Positions 1 to 10,652 of a stretch of DNA of 64,000 bases are shown one piece after another. The notes under the pieces were generated by a model. The model made no database searches. It was not told the DNA's origin and was given only the letters and a program-made list of their open reading frames with translations. Both the position numbers and the translations under genes were made by a program. This DNA comes from Oligoflexia bacterium (lineage in GTDB: Bacteria > Bdellovibrionota_B > Oligoflexia > Oligoflexales > JAGOVF01): the NCBI GenBank assembly GCA_030432875.1, contig JAUILP010000004.1:4548-68547 (forward strand). Direction: 5' to 3'. The stretch's first letter is position 1; each line of letters starts with the position of its first letter.

Positions 1-17
1 AGTTTGTTTGGCTACTT

Positions 18-566
18 CTAATAGCTAGCAGGCAAAGCAGGGAAATTAAAATGATAGTTTGCCCCGGACTGACTATCCCAGTCACCTCCAGCAGTAACAA
101 AAGCGATCTCGATATCAAGTGGGCGTAAGGTAGATAGCGAAAACCCAGGTTCCTTCGCCACGAATGGATTTAGGAGGTACTGCATCGAAGTGCTCGCATG
201 CTGGGCACATCCGTCAAACATTCCTTTGGTACAGGTATTTGATAAGTAAAATCGCGTACAAGCTCCGCTAGAACTCTCGGCATCAATAAAATCAGTGACA
301 AAACTCCCATCCGGAAAATTGATTTTTACAAGTAGAGCAGGTACTGCCTTCTTTGCTCCGGTGCATAAAATGCCATTATAATAGATTGCAAGGCCCAGGC
401 CATTGTCTTTTTGTCTAATGCGCTCGACGCGAATAGCATTATGCTCCAATGAATCAACAGTTACCGGATAAGTGTCCGGATAGCCACTTTGTAATTTATG
501 ATCATCATGAGCGCCCTGACAACTATTCAAAACAAGACACACTAAAGCTAAATGAAAAAATTTCAT
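18..566 (-). CDS. hypothetical exported lipoprotein
   Basis: 182-aa ORF. The N-terminus MKFFHLALVCLVLNSC is a signal peptide with a lipobox Cys, and the mature part contains Cys. No family recognised. Confidence 0.6.
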   Translation of the reverse strand: MKFFHLALVCLVLNSCQGAHDDHKLQSGYPDTYPVTVDSLEHNAIRVERIRQKDNGLGLAIYYNGILCTGAKKAVPALLVKINFPDGSFVTDFIDAESSSGACTRFYLSNTCTKGMFDGCAQHASTSMQYLLNPFVAKEPGFSLSTLRPLDIEIAFVTAGGDWDSQSGANYHFNFPALPASY

Positions 567-1015
567 AAGAATCTTCCCTTCTAAAAAAAACTGGTATAAG
601 TTTTTGCTCCTGGAGTGATCTTAGCCATCTGCAAATTGGGTGTGCGGAGTGCTTGAGTGGTGTCTCCAAAAACAGTATCTGAGAGCATCCCATATTTGAT
701 TTCTAGGTTAAAAAAACCATATCACCTCTGAAAACACTGCGAACCTATCCATTAACCTCCTGTTTGTCAAGAGGTAATTGCCTAAGTCATGTTGAGGTTA
801 GCCCTCAGCAAATGCCTGACACAGAGGGGAATCGTAGCTTTTTAGCCTGCTTAGGCTTTCGCATCAGCTTTAAATTCACTCTTTTCTTCAAACTCAAGAG
901 AGGCTATCATGACCGGGCTATTTTTGATTGGCAAATTGTAGGCTTTGCTTGATTTCGTAGTCAAAGAAAGTAGAACATACAGTATCTTTACCCCCAATTT
1001 ATGGAGAGGCAACTC

Positions 1016-1747
1016 ATGAAATCATTATTCTTCGCCGCATCGTATTTCTTTGTCAGCGCCGTACTGATCAACGCCTGCGGGCTGGCACCAAGCCAGCCAG
1101 AGTCCAAAGTCTTGGCAAGCTATGAATTTTGCAATGCTGCCGAGGATGCGAGCGCTCCACTCGAAAGTTACGCTGATGGCATCACCTATGAACTGGTTGA
1201 TATCAAATTTGACTTTGGCGAACTCCCCTTTCAGCCAGTATGTATCGGTCCTGTTGATTTTAAACTTGGAGACCGCATTAAAGTTGCCGTGGAAGATGGG
1301 GAAAAGACCAATATACAATATGAGAAAAGAGCCTTAAGCATCAATCAAGCCTGCATTGGCACCAATTGGGACAAATCTCGGCGTCAGGTAGAATTTACTG
1401 GTACCGTCGCACTTTCCCAAATGAACCAGAGTTCTGAAAAGAATTTTTCTGGAGATGTTTTTATTTATGGTGAGGTGTCACATCCAGCGACCGACACCTT
1501 GGTCGTCCGCGAACATTGGGATTATCGGGCGGGAGCCAAGTGCCGTTACGGCTTTTTGGGGACTGGCGGAGATTGTTTTAAAGTTCTCGATCATTACAAC
1601 ATTCTTATCGATTGGCCTGTAGGTAAAAAAGTGGACTTTGATGCCTTAGATCTCTTTGGAGAAACAGAGCGCCACCATTGGATTAAGTCAATTAAAGACG
1701 GAAGCATGTGCTATTCAAAGTATCAATTGCTCTACCGAAAAATTTAA
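1016..1747 (+). CDS. hypothetical exported lipoprotein
   Basis: ORF 1001-1747. Preferred start is ATG 1016 (MKSLFF...), 6 nt after GGAGAGG. The signal peptide ends VLINAC (lipobox-like) and the mature part contains Cys. No family recognised. Confidence 0.6.
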   Translation: MKSLFFAASYFFVSAVLINACGLAPSQPESKVLASYEFCNAAEDASAPLESYADGITYELVDIKFDFGELPFQPVCIGPVDFKLGDRIKVAVEDGEKTNIQYEKRALSINQACIGTNWDKSRRQVEFTGTVALSQMNQSSEKNFSGDVFIYGEVSHPATDTLVVREHWDYRAGAKCRYGFLGTGGDCFKVLDHYNILIDWPVGKKVDFDALDLFGETERHHWIKSIKDGSMCYSKYQLLYRKI

Positions 1748-1787
1748 ATTTTATCATTTATGATGCGCACAGATGGCGAGTTGAGGC

Positions 1788-3644
1788 CTAGCGTAATGAA
1801 CAAGATTGAAGTTTTAAATTAATACTTAAACTCAATTCGCGTGTTTTTTTCGATGCGGAGGGACTTCTTATCACACAATTAAAGTATTTTTGTTTTTCAT
1901 TGGGATAGTTTGGGTAGACCTTGAGCGAATAATTTTGGTTAAAGTTAATATCATTGACGGTAAGCGGTAAAAACCCTGAATTGCGCTCTCCTGAAATATT
2001 GATAAAGGGGCGTTCACCTCGCCCGACATGGGTCGCTATTATTTTGAGGGTGATAAGGTTATCCCGCGGATTCAGGCTGAGGTTGCTTTTTTCGATTTTT
2101 GCTCCGGGGTTAGCTTCAAATGTCCACTTAAGGGACTGATATCCGTCGCGTGAAATAATTAAGTTATGTTTTCTATTGGGGCTAATTTTATCGATGAGGA
2201 TGGGGGAGGAAACAAATTCACCTCCAAATAGGGGTTTGTTATCCAAAGTTAAGGTTACGGCGCTAGGATCCGTAGAAAGTCTTATACTGGCAAAGCCATG
2301 GCTCTGAGCTTGTTGCCGCCATGTACTATAGCCCATCAAGCCTGCGAGGGCGACAATGGCTGCAAAAACAAACATTCCAGCCATGTTGAAAAGGGAGGCT
2401 GATTTGCGGTGCCGACTTTTTGAACTGCTGCGTTTAGAACGCTTGCGTGAGCTCCGAGACATTTTGTGGCTTGGGTTTGGACTCATAAATTTGGGCGAAG
2501 AATGACCTGAAAAGCCGCGATTTACCTGATTTGCTGCTGTTAACATCGGTTTAATATGCGATGCGGTACCTACATCTCGACCACTCTGCAGCTTAATTTC
2601 ACTTATATTTTGATTATATTTAGGCTCTCCTTCCTGAAGTTTTTCCTTTATCAGAGCATTTTTTGTCTGGAGGCGGGGAGAGGTTAGCGCTTTTTTAATT
2701 TCCTCTCGCATAGTTTCGCGTTTGTTAGAAAGCACGTCTTTTAAAAGTTCTCCGAGTTCCCCCGGACTAAACTGAGGGTGATGCTTATTGAGATAGGTAC
2801 GCAAGGCTTTTTCTAGTTCTTCGGCACTTTGATAGCGATTGCGGCGATCTTTTTCGAGAGCTTTGCGAATGATGCCTTCTAACTCATGAGTAACTTCCGT
2901 GTTTTGTTGCCTTAAAGTCGTGGGTATTTGGCAGGCCCTAACAAGATTGATGGTGTGGACTTCATTGTCTCCAGAAAAAAGTCGTTGCATCGACAGTGTT
3001 TCCCAAAGAACAATACCCAGAGCAAAGACATCTGTAGAGGCATCTATGGGCTTGTTAGAAATCTGCTCGGGGCTCATGTATGAGTATTTACCTTTAATGA
3101 CGCCAGGTTTTGTTTCGGTCATTTTGTTGTCAGCTTCAGCTATGCCAAAATCGGTAATCTTGACTTCCCCTTCAAAGCTAACCAGGATATTTTGTGGCGA
3201 TATATCTCGATGAATAATATTAAGTGCGCGACCAGTAATTTCATCGACTTTGGTATGCGCATAATGTAAACCGCGTGCTGCTTCTGCTCCCAAAAATATG
3301 ATCATTGGAATGGAAAGGCGATTACCCGCTTTTTCGCAGTGTGCGAGTAAAGTTCTTAGGTCTGCGCCGTCTATAAACTCCATAATGATGGCTGGGGTAC
3401 CATCAATTTCTTCGTACCCTTCTACTCTGACGATATTGGCGTGCTGGAGTCTTTTGCTAATATGGGCTTCATCACGAAACATTTGCACAAACTCGGCGTC
3501 TTGAGCGTAGTGAGCGAGTATGCGCTTGACGGCACAAAGCCTTTTAAAACCACCTTCACCGAGTTGGGTCGCAAGCCAAATTTCGGCCATGCCACCCATC
3601 GCAATGGTTTTTTGTAAATTATACCGGTTTGAAATTAAAGCCAT
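1788..3644 (-). CDS. Hanks-type Ser/Thr protein kinase, membrane-anchored, with C-terminal PEGA-like domain
   Basis: Kinase motifs are present: GGMAEIW...AVKRI (Gly loop/Lys), HRDISPQNILV (catalytic loop), DFGIA and SPEQ. These are followed by a basic S/R/K-rich linker, one TM helix (FVFAAIVALAGLMGY) and a C-terminal ISRDGYQSLKWTF beta-domain (PEGA-like). The start is ATG 3644 or TTG 3665. Confidence 0.9.
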   Translation of the reverse strand: MALISNRYNLQKTIAMGGMAEIWLATQLGEGGFKRLCAVKRILAHYAQDAEFVQMFRDEAHISKRLQHANIVRVEGYEEIDGTPAIIMEFIDGADLRTLLAHCEKAGNRLSIPMIIFLGAEAARGLHYAHTKVDEITGRALNIIHRDISPQNILVSFEGEVKITDFGIAEADNKMTETKPGVIKGKYSYMSPEQISNKPIDASTDVFALGIVLWETLSMQRLFSGDNEVHTINLVRACQIPTTLRQQNTEVTHELEGIIRKALEKDRRNRYQSAEELEKALRTYLNKHHPQFSPGELGELLKDVLSNKRETMREEIKKALTSPRLQTKNALIKEKLQEGEPKYNQNISEIKLQSGRDVGTASHIKPMLTAANQVNRGFSGHSSPKFMSPNPSHKMSRSSRKRSKRSSSKSRHRKSASLFNMAGMFVFAAIVALAGLMGYSTWRQQAQSHGFASIRLSTDPSAVTLTLDNKPLFGGEFVSSPILIDKISPNRKHNLIISRDGYQSLKWTFEANPGAKIEKSNLSLNPRDNLITLKIIATHVGRGERPFINISGERNSGFLPLTVNDINFNQNYSLKVYPNYPNEKQKYFNCVIRSPSASKKTRELSLSINLKLQSCSLR

Positions 3645-3897
3645 GCTGGCTTTGCACTCCTGCAAAAAATAAAACCCACTTTATCCTAAAGGGGATTTCG
3701 GCAGAATTTTGTGAGATTTTAAGGGTTTCACTCGAATATTTCGCTAGGGGCATTTGCTATTTTTGGGTCATGATCTTTGAAATATGGACAAAAAAAGGGG
3801 ACTTTTAGGATTCAGGAATTTTTGTTCAAGCTTCTAAAAATAAATGGTAACTTATCCAAGTATCCTAGATAAATAATCAATCATGAAAAGGAGCAGA

Positions 3898-4527
3898 ATG
3901 TCCCTCTTTATTTCTTTTGAAGGTGGGGAAGGGGTGGGGAAAAGTGCCCTAATTAGGGGATTTGCCAAATCGTTTAGCTCCCAGCAGCTTTTTCTTACCC
4001 GTGAGCCTGGAGGAACATTTATAGCGGATCAAATCCGTGGTATTTTTTCCCAGTCTCCTCCTGAGGAACCTCTTACAAAAATAACTGAGTTTATGCTCCT
4101 ATCAGCGGCACGGTCACAGCATGTTGCCTATGCTATTAAACCAGCTTTAGAACGCGGAGATTGGGTCGTTTCAGACCGCTATGCTGATTCGTCTCGGGTT
4201 TATCAGGGATTAGTCGGGGGGCTAGAGCAGGGCTTAATGGAAACCGTTATTGCTAGAACGACTCAGGGAATTGAGCCTCACATCACTTTTTTGCTGGACT
4301 GCGACCCAGATATTGCTTCTCAGAGGCGGCATCAGCGCTCTGATATTGATGCCATTGCCCGCTTTGATAATGCCGGATTAGAATTCCACCATTTGATTCG
4401 TGAGAGCTATTTAAAGCTCGCCAAGCTTTATCCCAAACGGATTGTGGTTATAAATACGGAAAAACCCGTACCCGAATGCCTAGAGGAAATTAGCAGGCAC
4501 GTAGAAAAATTAATGCTAAAGTCCTAA
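3898..4527 (+). CDS. tmk: thymidylate kinase
   Basis: P-loop FISFEGGEGVGKSA, REPGGT and DRY motifs, and typical length. ATG 3898 is preceded by AAAGGAG; the ORF track start at 3883 is a less likely alternative. Confidence 0.9.
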   Translation: MSLFISFEGGEGVGKSALIRGFAKSFSSQQLFLTREPGGTFIADQIRGIFSQSPPEEPLTKITEFMLLSAARSQHVAYAIKPALERGDWVVSDRYADSSRVYQGLVGGLEQGLMETVIARTTQGIEPHITFLLDCDPDIASQRRHQRSDIDAIARFDNAGLEFHHLIRESYLKLAKLYPKRIVVINTEKPVPECLEEISRHVEKLMLKS

Positions 4528-4579
4528 ATAGGGCTGATTTTTCTTATGTTAACTCTCAATACTAAAGGTGATTTTTTTG

Positions 4580-5608
4580 ATGACGGGACAACAGGACCAC
4601 CTCATATCATGGAGGGATCTTCCAGGAAGTGCCGCAGTACTTAAGCTGTTGCTTGCTTATGGCCGTGAGGCACAATCACCCGAAACACTGATCATTTATG
4701 GGCGTAACGGTCTAGGCAAGAATCATTATGCCAAAGCGATTGCGGCAAGGTATTTTTGCCGAGAGCATACGGCATGTGGTGCTTGCGACGAATGTGTTCG
4801 TGTCATTTTGCAGTCTCATTCCGAGGTTCTTTGCCTTAATGGTGAGGAAAAAAGTATTAAAAAAGATGATATCGAACAGGTCTTTAGTTTTTTGTCGTTT
4901 TCTTCTCAAGGTTTGCAAAAGGTGCGAACGGTTATTATTCTGCACGCTCATCTTCTCACTATTGCGGCAGCTAATGCCTTGCTAAAAGTCCTTGAGGAGC
5001 CTCCTGCCCAAACGCGTTTTATCCTGACGACCGATAAACTCGACAACCTAATGACAACGGTTCTTTCCAGGGCCCACAAATTTTATATTCCGCCTCCTCC
5101 CGCTCAAGAAAGTCTCGCTTGGTTAGAGCAACAGGTTTCCTCTTCGCCCAAGACTCACGCGAAGTCTTTTAGTCAAGAACGTGCGCGCCAGGCTCTAATG
5201 CTTTGTGGATACGTGCCTTCTCAGGCATTAAATCTCTTAATGTCGGATGATTCTATTTTGGGAGGAGCCTCTGATCCATTACTCCCCATAAGTGATTTGA
5301 GCCCTGGATCTCCTCAGGAGCAAAGCTTTATGGCTGATCTGCGGGGGCGTGATGAGGCTCTAGAGTATAGGGTGAATTTTTTAGAAGCGTCTCTTTCCAT
5401 CTACTATAACCATATTTTGCAAGATAAAAACAAATCCCTGGTACCAAAACTTGATGCCTTAGCCATCAAACTCCGGCGGCAGCGCCTGAGTTTAGTGCGT
5501 CAAAAAGGGATAAAATCTTTGATATCTTTAAATACTGAAAATATGCTTGAATATATCACGGGATCTCCTCCTACCGGTGAAGATCCTTTAGGGGATACAT
5601 TTTTTTAA
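4580..5608 (+). CDS. holB: DNA polymerase III delta-prime subunit
   Basis: GLGKNHYAKAIA Walker-like motif, zinc module CxxxxxCGxCxxC (CREHTACGACDEC) and ALLKVLEEPP (sensor/box VII). The tmk-holB synteny is typical. The start is ATG 4580 or GTG 4568. Confidence 0.85.
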   Translation: MTGQQDHLISWRDLPGSAAVLKLLLAYGREAQSPETLIIYGRNGLGKNHYAKAIAARYFCREHTACGACDECVRVILQSHSEVLCLNGEEKSIKKDDIEQVFSFLSFSSQGLQKVRTVIILHAHLLTIAAANALLKVLEEPPAQTRFILTTDKLDNLMTTVLSRAHKFYIPPPPAQESLAWLEQQVSSSPKTHAKSFSQERARQALMLCGYVPSQALNLLMSDDSILGGASDPLLPISDLSPGSPQEQSFMADLRGRDEALEYRVNFLEASLSIYYNHILQDKNKSLVPKLDALAIKLRRQRLSLVRQKGIKSLISLNTENMLEYITGSPPTGEDPLGDTFF

Positions 5609-5682
5609 TATGTTAAATTGTGAACTTAAATGGCATTATTATAAGTCAATTTAAGTTTTTTTTGATGCTAAGGTTTAAATAC

Positions 5683-6558
5683 ATGGAATTTATTAATGTG
5701 GCAAATATTGAATTTTCTCATTTAGGGAAAATTTATAGCTATCAAATCGGTAACAATGATGTTCGCGTGGGTGACCAGGTTGTTGTAGAAACGGAACGTG
5801 GTATGAGCATCGCCCGCATTGTCGAACTCAAATACTTAAGTGCAGATTTTTTTAAAGACAAAAAGATTAAGTCTATTATTCGCAAGGCTTCGCCCAAAGA
5901 TTTGCTTCCTCCTAAAAAAATTGGCGTAGAGGATGCTTTTGTTTCGACCCGAGCCAAAATTAATGAACTCAACCTCAAAATGAAACTACTAAAAGTAGAA
6001 ATCCAATTTGGGGGAAATAAAGTCCTGATCTTTTTCTCTGCTCCGGGGCGCGTAGATTTTCGCGAGTTGGTTAAACAATTGGCCTCCAGCTTAAAAGCGC
6101 GGGTAGAGTTAAAACAGGTAGGCGCGCGGGACGAGGCAAAGTTATTAGGCGGAATGGGGCGCTGCGGGCGTGAATACTGTTGCTCAACTTTTTTGCGTGA
6201 ATTTGTGCCTGTATCAATAAAGATGGCAAAAATTCAAAATTTAGCCCTAAATCCAACCAAAGTCTCAGGTGGATGTGGGCGTTTGCTTTGCTGCTTAACT
6301 TATGAAAATGAAACCTATCAGGAAATGCGTAAAGGACTCCCTGCTATTGGGAGCCGAATTCGCGTGGTCAATGATAATATTCTAGGGCTGATTGTCAAAG
6401 TTGACGTTTTAAATCAGCGGCTGCTAATAGAAACAGAACATGGGAAAATGACCGAAGTTAAACTTGAAGATGTCGAAATCGTTTCTCGGGCTAAAGAGGC
6501 GGATGTTTCTGATGATGGCCAGTGGGGGGAAGATATTGACCTTGGAAGCCTTGAATAA
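5683..6558 (+). CDS. PSP1 domain protein (RicT/YaaT-like)
   Basis: Cys-rich PSP1 core (GRCGREYCCSTFL ... GGCGRLLCCLTYE). Its position after holB matches the common tmk-holB-yaaT synteny. The start at ATG 5683 (MEFINVANIEF) is preferred over 5620. Confidence 0.85.
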   Translation: MEFINVANIEFSHLGKIYSYQIGNNDVRVGDQVVVETERGMSIARIVELKYLSADFFKDKKIKSIIRKASPKDLLPPKKIGVEDAFVSTRAKINELNLKMKLLKVEIQFGGNKVLIFFSAPGRVDFRELVKQLASSLKARVELKQVGARDEAKLLGGMGRCGREYCCSTFLREFVPVSIKMAKIQNLALNPTKVSGGCGRLLCCLTYENETYQEMRKGLPAIGSRIRVVNDNILGLIVKVDVLNQRLLIETEHGKMTEVKLEDVEIVSRAKEADVSDDGQWGEDIDLGSLE

Positions 6559-6614
6559 ATAGAGTGGGAATTATATCTGTGTCTATGAGTCTTTTTGTCT
6601 GAATTGCTTTTCCC

Positions 6615-6637
6615 CCAGAATTTCTGGAACTTTTTTT
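6615..6637 (+). terminator. weak intrinsic terminator candidate after the PSP1 gene
   Basis: Short hairpin CCAGA-att-TCTGG followed by aac + T7. Confidence 0.35.
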
Positions 6638-7076
6638 ATGCAACATTTAGCATATGTGTCATCTCATAATCAACGAGTGATGACAGGTCATAAAAGAAAT
6701 GGTGCTTTATTAAAATTTTAAACTTTTAACATCTGTTTAGGTTAATGGCTCTCCAGCCCTATATCGATTCCATATCATTTAACTGGGATGCATTACCATT
6801 AGGTTAACTCAATTATTTCTCACCGAATGGGCGATCGCCCTTGCAGAAACGATCCGCGAAAATTAATCAGAGAGTGGAGAAAATACATTAAATATTTGAT
6901 TGTAAGAGCGCCTTGGAAAGAAGCGTTTAGCCTTAATTAGATGAAAGTACTTAGTAAAATTTTTATAATAACATGAAATTATATATTTAATTTTGTATTA
7001 ACCCCTATTTTTGAACGTTAGATTCAAGTAAACTTCACAATTTTCCGACAGGTATAAAAACAACATCGAGGGGATT

Positions 7077-9299
7077 ATGAGAAGCATAAATTATATCGCA
7101 ATTTTTTTAATCTTAATACTGAACTCATGCACAGAACCAGGGCAAAGTTTATCGGAAAGAATTGTTGCAGAAAACAATGGGGCTAATACGGATGAACCTG
7201 ATGAATCTATTGTGGAAAATGCCGGTCATGATGCTCCAACTACCAGCGATAGTTCTGGTGAACTTACTGTAAATGTAGGCCCAGATAAATATACAAATGG
7301 CTCAGTATCAATCAGTGCTACTGCCGCAGGCACCACCCCACTAACCTATGTATGGAGTAAAATTAGTGGAACAGGATCGATAACATTTAGCGATAATGCC
7401 TCTGCAGAGGTTATAATTACAATGTCATTGGACGGCATTTATTTGATCCGCTTAACAGTTACAGATGCTAACGGCAATAGCGCCTATGATGAAGTTAATA
7501 TCGTTAAGGACACAGTTCCTCCATCTATAAATATCGGCGATGACATCATAACAAATGGGGAAATCACAATCAGTGCTATCACAAGTGAAGCCAGCGGTTT
7601 AACATATAGCTGGAGTAAAATCAGTGGTTCCGGCACGATTACTTTTGGCAGCCCCTTCAGCAAGGATACCGCTGTAACAGCTTCTGACACAGGTGATTAC
7701 GTTTTGAGATTGACCGCGACTGATTTAGCTGGCAACAGTAGTTTTGATGAATTAACACTTACCAGGACAACATTGGCACCCAACCCCGGTATTTTCTTAG
7801 CATCAACGAGTGGCGGTGCAACCAGCTTCACCCTAAATTGGTCTGCTGCTACGGATCTTGATACAGAAACCGCTGATTTACGGTATATGCTATGCTCCGG
7901 CTCTAATGTAACATCAATTAATACAGTAGAAAAATGCGAAGCAGCCACCGTCGAAATGCCTTATACGACAAATGCGTTATCTCATACAATAACGGGAAAA
8001 ACGGCTGGTACTATTTATTTTTATAATGTTGTGGTAAAAGATTCATCTGATCAAAAATCTCTCTATGATGGAAGAACACAGGCATTAGGGATTTCTCTTG
8101 CCTATACCTTTTCAGGACTCACTGATAACAGCAAAATTGGCGAAGTTTTGTCTAGAGCTGGCGATGTAAATGGTGATGGCAAAGCAGATTTTATTATCGG
8201 AGATCCCTTGTCAACAGCAGGGGGTTGCCCCTGTGGAGCTGCTTTTGTTTATAGCGGAGCAACCGGAGAAATCATCTATTCCTTTGTAGGAACTGAAGAT
8301 AATACAAATTTTGGAAATGCGGTGGCCGGCGGGGGGGATGTGAATGGAGATGGAACTCCAGATATCGTTATTGCTAATAATACCGCATCAGGCGGGGGGG
8401 CATTGCGAGGCCAAATTAAAGTTTTTAGCGGAGCTACAGGAGCTGTTATCTACACGCATAATGGTAGCGAAGATTCTGCTAGCTTGGGATATGCAGTCGC
8501 AATGGCTGGGGATGCTAATGGCGACGGAAATGAAGATTATTTAGTCAAAGAAGTGAGCACAGGAAAGGTTTATTTATATAGTGGAGCTACAGGTCAGTCA
8601 CTTTTTGTTTTTGATAACCCACATGGCCTTGCTGTAACTTTTGGCAACTCCTTGGCTGGAATAGGTGATATTACTCATGATGGAAAAGCTGAAATAATAA
8701 TCGGAGATAGAGCCGTAACTGGTCCTGGCGCTAATAGTGGGGAAGCATATGTCTTTAATGGGGCGAGTGGAGAAATCATATTTACGATTCCTGGAACCGA
8801 AGTCGGGGGCAAATTAGGTTATTTGGTTTCTGGAGCAGGTGATGTAAATGGAGATGGAACACTAGATTTTATTGTTGGCGAACCAGGGAAAGATGCGTCA
8901 GAAGGAGGGCTTAATTCTGGAACTGCCTATGTTCATAGTGGCGCTACGGGAACCGTTCTCTACACAATTCCTGGTGCCTCTATAAATAGTAACTTGGGTG
9001 TTTCCTGTAGTTTTGGCGATGTAAATAATGATGGGCGTTCAGATTTCATAATAGGAGAGGCGGGAGCTCCCGCTGGTGGCACTTTTAGGGGACAGGTATA
9101 TATTTATAGTGGCGCTACTGGAACGATTCTTCATACTATCTCTGGGGTCGATGATTCAGCAAAGTTCGGAACAAAAGTGGATGGCCTTGGGGATATCAAT
9201 GGCGATGGGAAAGACGACTTTATAATTGGTGCGCCATTTTCACCTGAAGGTGGTACAAATCGTGGAAAGGCTTTTATTTATCTTTCACCAAGTGATTAA
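7077..9299 (+). CDS. exported lipoprotein with 2 PKD/Ig-like repeats, FN3-like domain and seven FG-GAP repeats (integrin-alpha-like propeller)
   Basis: Signal peptide with lipobox (ILILNSC). Two tandem ~95-aa repeats (TYVWSKISGTGSITF... / TYSWSKISGSGTITF...). Seven GD(V/I/A)NGDG(K/T)xDFIIG Ca-binding FG-GAP motifs. RBS GAGGGG. Confidence 0.85.
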   Translation: MRSINYIAIFLILILNSCTEPGQSLSERIVAENNGANTDEPDESIVENAGHDAPTTSDSSGELTVNVGPDKYTNGSVSISATAAGTTPLTYVWSKISGTGSITFSDNASAEVIITMSLDGIYLIRLTVTDANGNSAYDEVNIVKDTVPPSINIGDDIITNGEITISAITSEASGLTYSWSKISGSGTITFGSPFSKDTAVTASDTGDYVLRLTATDLAGNSSFDELTLTRTTLAPNPGIFLASTSGGATSFTLNWSAATDLDTETADLRYMLCSGSNVTSINTVEKCEAATVEMPYTTNALSHTITGKTAGTIYFYNVVVKDSSDQKSLYDGRTQALGISLAYTFSGLTDNSKIGEVLSRAGDVNGDGKADFIIGDPLSTAGGCPCGAAFVYSGATGEIIYSFVGTEDNTNFGNAVAGGGDVNGDGTPDIVIANNTASGGGALRGQIKVFSGATGAVIYTHNGSEDSASLGYAVAMAGDANGDGNEDYLVKEVSTGKVYLYSGATGQSLFVFDNPHGLAVTFGNSLAGIGDITHDGKAEIIIGDRAVTGPGANSGEAYVFNGASGEIIFTIPGTEVGGKLGYLVSGAGDVNGDGTLDFIVGEPGKDASEGGLNSGTAYVHSGATGTVLYTIPGASINSNLGVSCSFGDVNNDGRSDFIIGEAGAPAGGTFRGQVYIYSGATGTILHTISGVDDSAKFGTKVDGLGDINGDGKDDFIIGAPFSPEGGTNRGKAFIYLSPSD

Positions 9300-9390
9300 A
9301 ACGAGTCTCTATCTCTCTCTGATTTAATAAAATATTTTATAATTTAATTTTTAATATTTTCTGCTATGAGAGAAAAGCCCAAATAAAATT

Positions 9391-9410
9391 GCGGAAGCAT
9401 TTTCTTCCGC
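9391..9410 (-). terminator. intrinsic terminator hairpin between convergent genes
   Basis: GCGGAAG-n6-CTTCCGC. On the minus strand it is followed by AATTTTATTT; on the plus strand by AAAAGTTTAATTTTT. It may act bidirectionally. Confidence 0.5.
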
Positions 9411-9500
9411 AAAAGTTTAATTTTTAGGTGACATATTTAGCGTAAATGTCTGTCTATGCGATGTTCAATCTTATATTCAGAAAAACATTTCTGAAAAAGA

Positions 9501-10652
9501 TTACATAATGCTCAATATGCTATCACCGCTGAAGCTAACTGCTTCATCTTCATTAAAGGCAAATTCATGAGTTTTCGGCTTTGATTTTTTGAGTGAAAAC
9601 CATTTTTTGCCTGATTTTGCTTCAAAATAATCGTCACTAACCTCAGAGTGAACTGAAGAAACTGGTTCTGCTTTAGGCATTCTGTGTTCGGTTTCGGGCA
9701 TATCGGTCACAAGATTTTGGTGTTTTTTATCCTCAAAATAATTTCGTTCATAATCACTAACCAGGCTGGAAACATCGGTTATGGGAAGCATAATTTCTGA
9801 ATAAGAAGCGCTGGTAGATGATTCTGATTTTCTACTATCAAACGATGAATCATAGTCGTCACTCGCTGATAAGCTTTTGTTAAATGAGCGTTTGCGTAGA
9901 GTATTCCACAGTAAAAGAAGCATGAAAAAAACTAGGGTACCTGAGCCATAAACAATAAGATTTTCATAGCGGTATGGGGCCGTGCCTTCTATATTTAAAG
10001 AGGTCATACTCCCCCATACGGCTTGCATCATGGCTTTGTCTTCTACAAAGCGCTTTTCAAAATCGGTAAAGGTCATCAAAAACTGTTTGTCTTGACCGGA
10101 AACAAGAAAATGCATTTGCATCATGGGATTCTTGCCTATATCCATGGCACTGTATAATACGAGGCCATCCTTAGTTCCGCGATAGTCAACAAATTGATGG
10201 TCAATGACCCTAAAATTTGTGGCGACACCTTGACTAAAACGTTGTTCCAATTCTTTGGTTATTTCCTGGGCGCGTAGCTCATCGATGGGCGTCGATTCAT
10301 ACTTTACAGCAAGGGTAATATTCCGCTGGTAAATGACTTCTTCTTTATTGGGGGATGAAAATTCAGGTTTTGGCTCTGCTAAAATGAGACTGAGGCCTGC
10401 TTCTCCAGTTTTGATCTCCCAGCCCGGTGGGGGGGTAATGGAGAGATTAATATTTTCTAGGGTAACAGAATTTTGCTGCGAAGACGCTATAGCTTCGCTT
10501 GCCACAGAGGGTAAAGTTTCCTCGGGAGATTTATTTTCAGTGTCTAATTCGGTATGGGGTGGAGAGGCGAAGGTCTGTGATGAAAGTAAAAAAGAAACGA
10601 AGAGGGGGAAAACAGCTTTTGGTGTAGAAAGAATGCACTGGCGCAGCAACAT
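9501..10652 (-). CDS. hypothetical exported/membrane-anchored protein
   Basis: 383-aa ORF with an N-terminal signal peptide (FPLFVSFLLSSQTFA), a mid-protein TM helix (LIVYGSGTLVFFMLLLLW) and an acidic/Ser-rich cytoplasmic tail. No family recognised. Confidence 0.6.
   Translation of the reverse strand: MLLRQCILSTPKAVFPLFVSFLLSSQTFASPPHTELDTENKSPEETLPSVASEAIASSQQNSVTLENINLSITPPPGWEIKTGEAGLSLILAEPKPEFSSPNKEEVIYQRNITLAVKYESTPIDELRAQEITKELEQRFSQGVATNFRVIDHQFVDYRGTKDGLVLYSAMDIGKNPMMQMHFLVSGQDKQFLMTFTDFEKRFVEDKAMMQAVWGSMTSLNIEGTAPYRYENLIVYGSGTLVFFMLLLLWNTLRKRSFNKSLSASDDYDSSFDSRKSESSTSASYSEIMLPITDVSSLVSDYERNYFEDKKHQNLVTDMPETEHRMPKAEPVSSVHSEVSDDYFEAKSGKKWFSLKKSKPKTHEFAFNEDEAVSFSGDSILSIM

Noticed and set aside
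6829-6840. GGGCGATCGCCC palindrome (HIP1-like core GCGATCGC)
   Set aside because: I noticed only a single occurrence in 64 kb. There is no evidence of the cyanobacterial-style over-representation, so it is probably chance.
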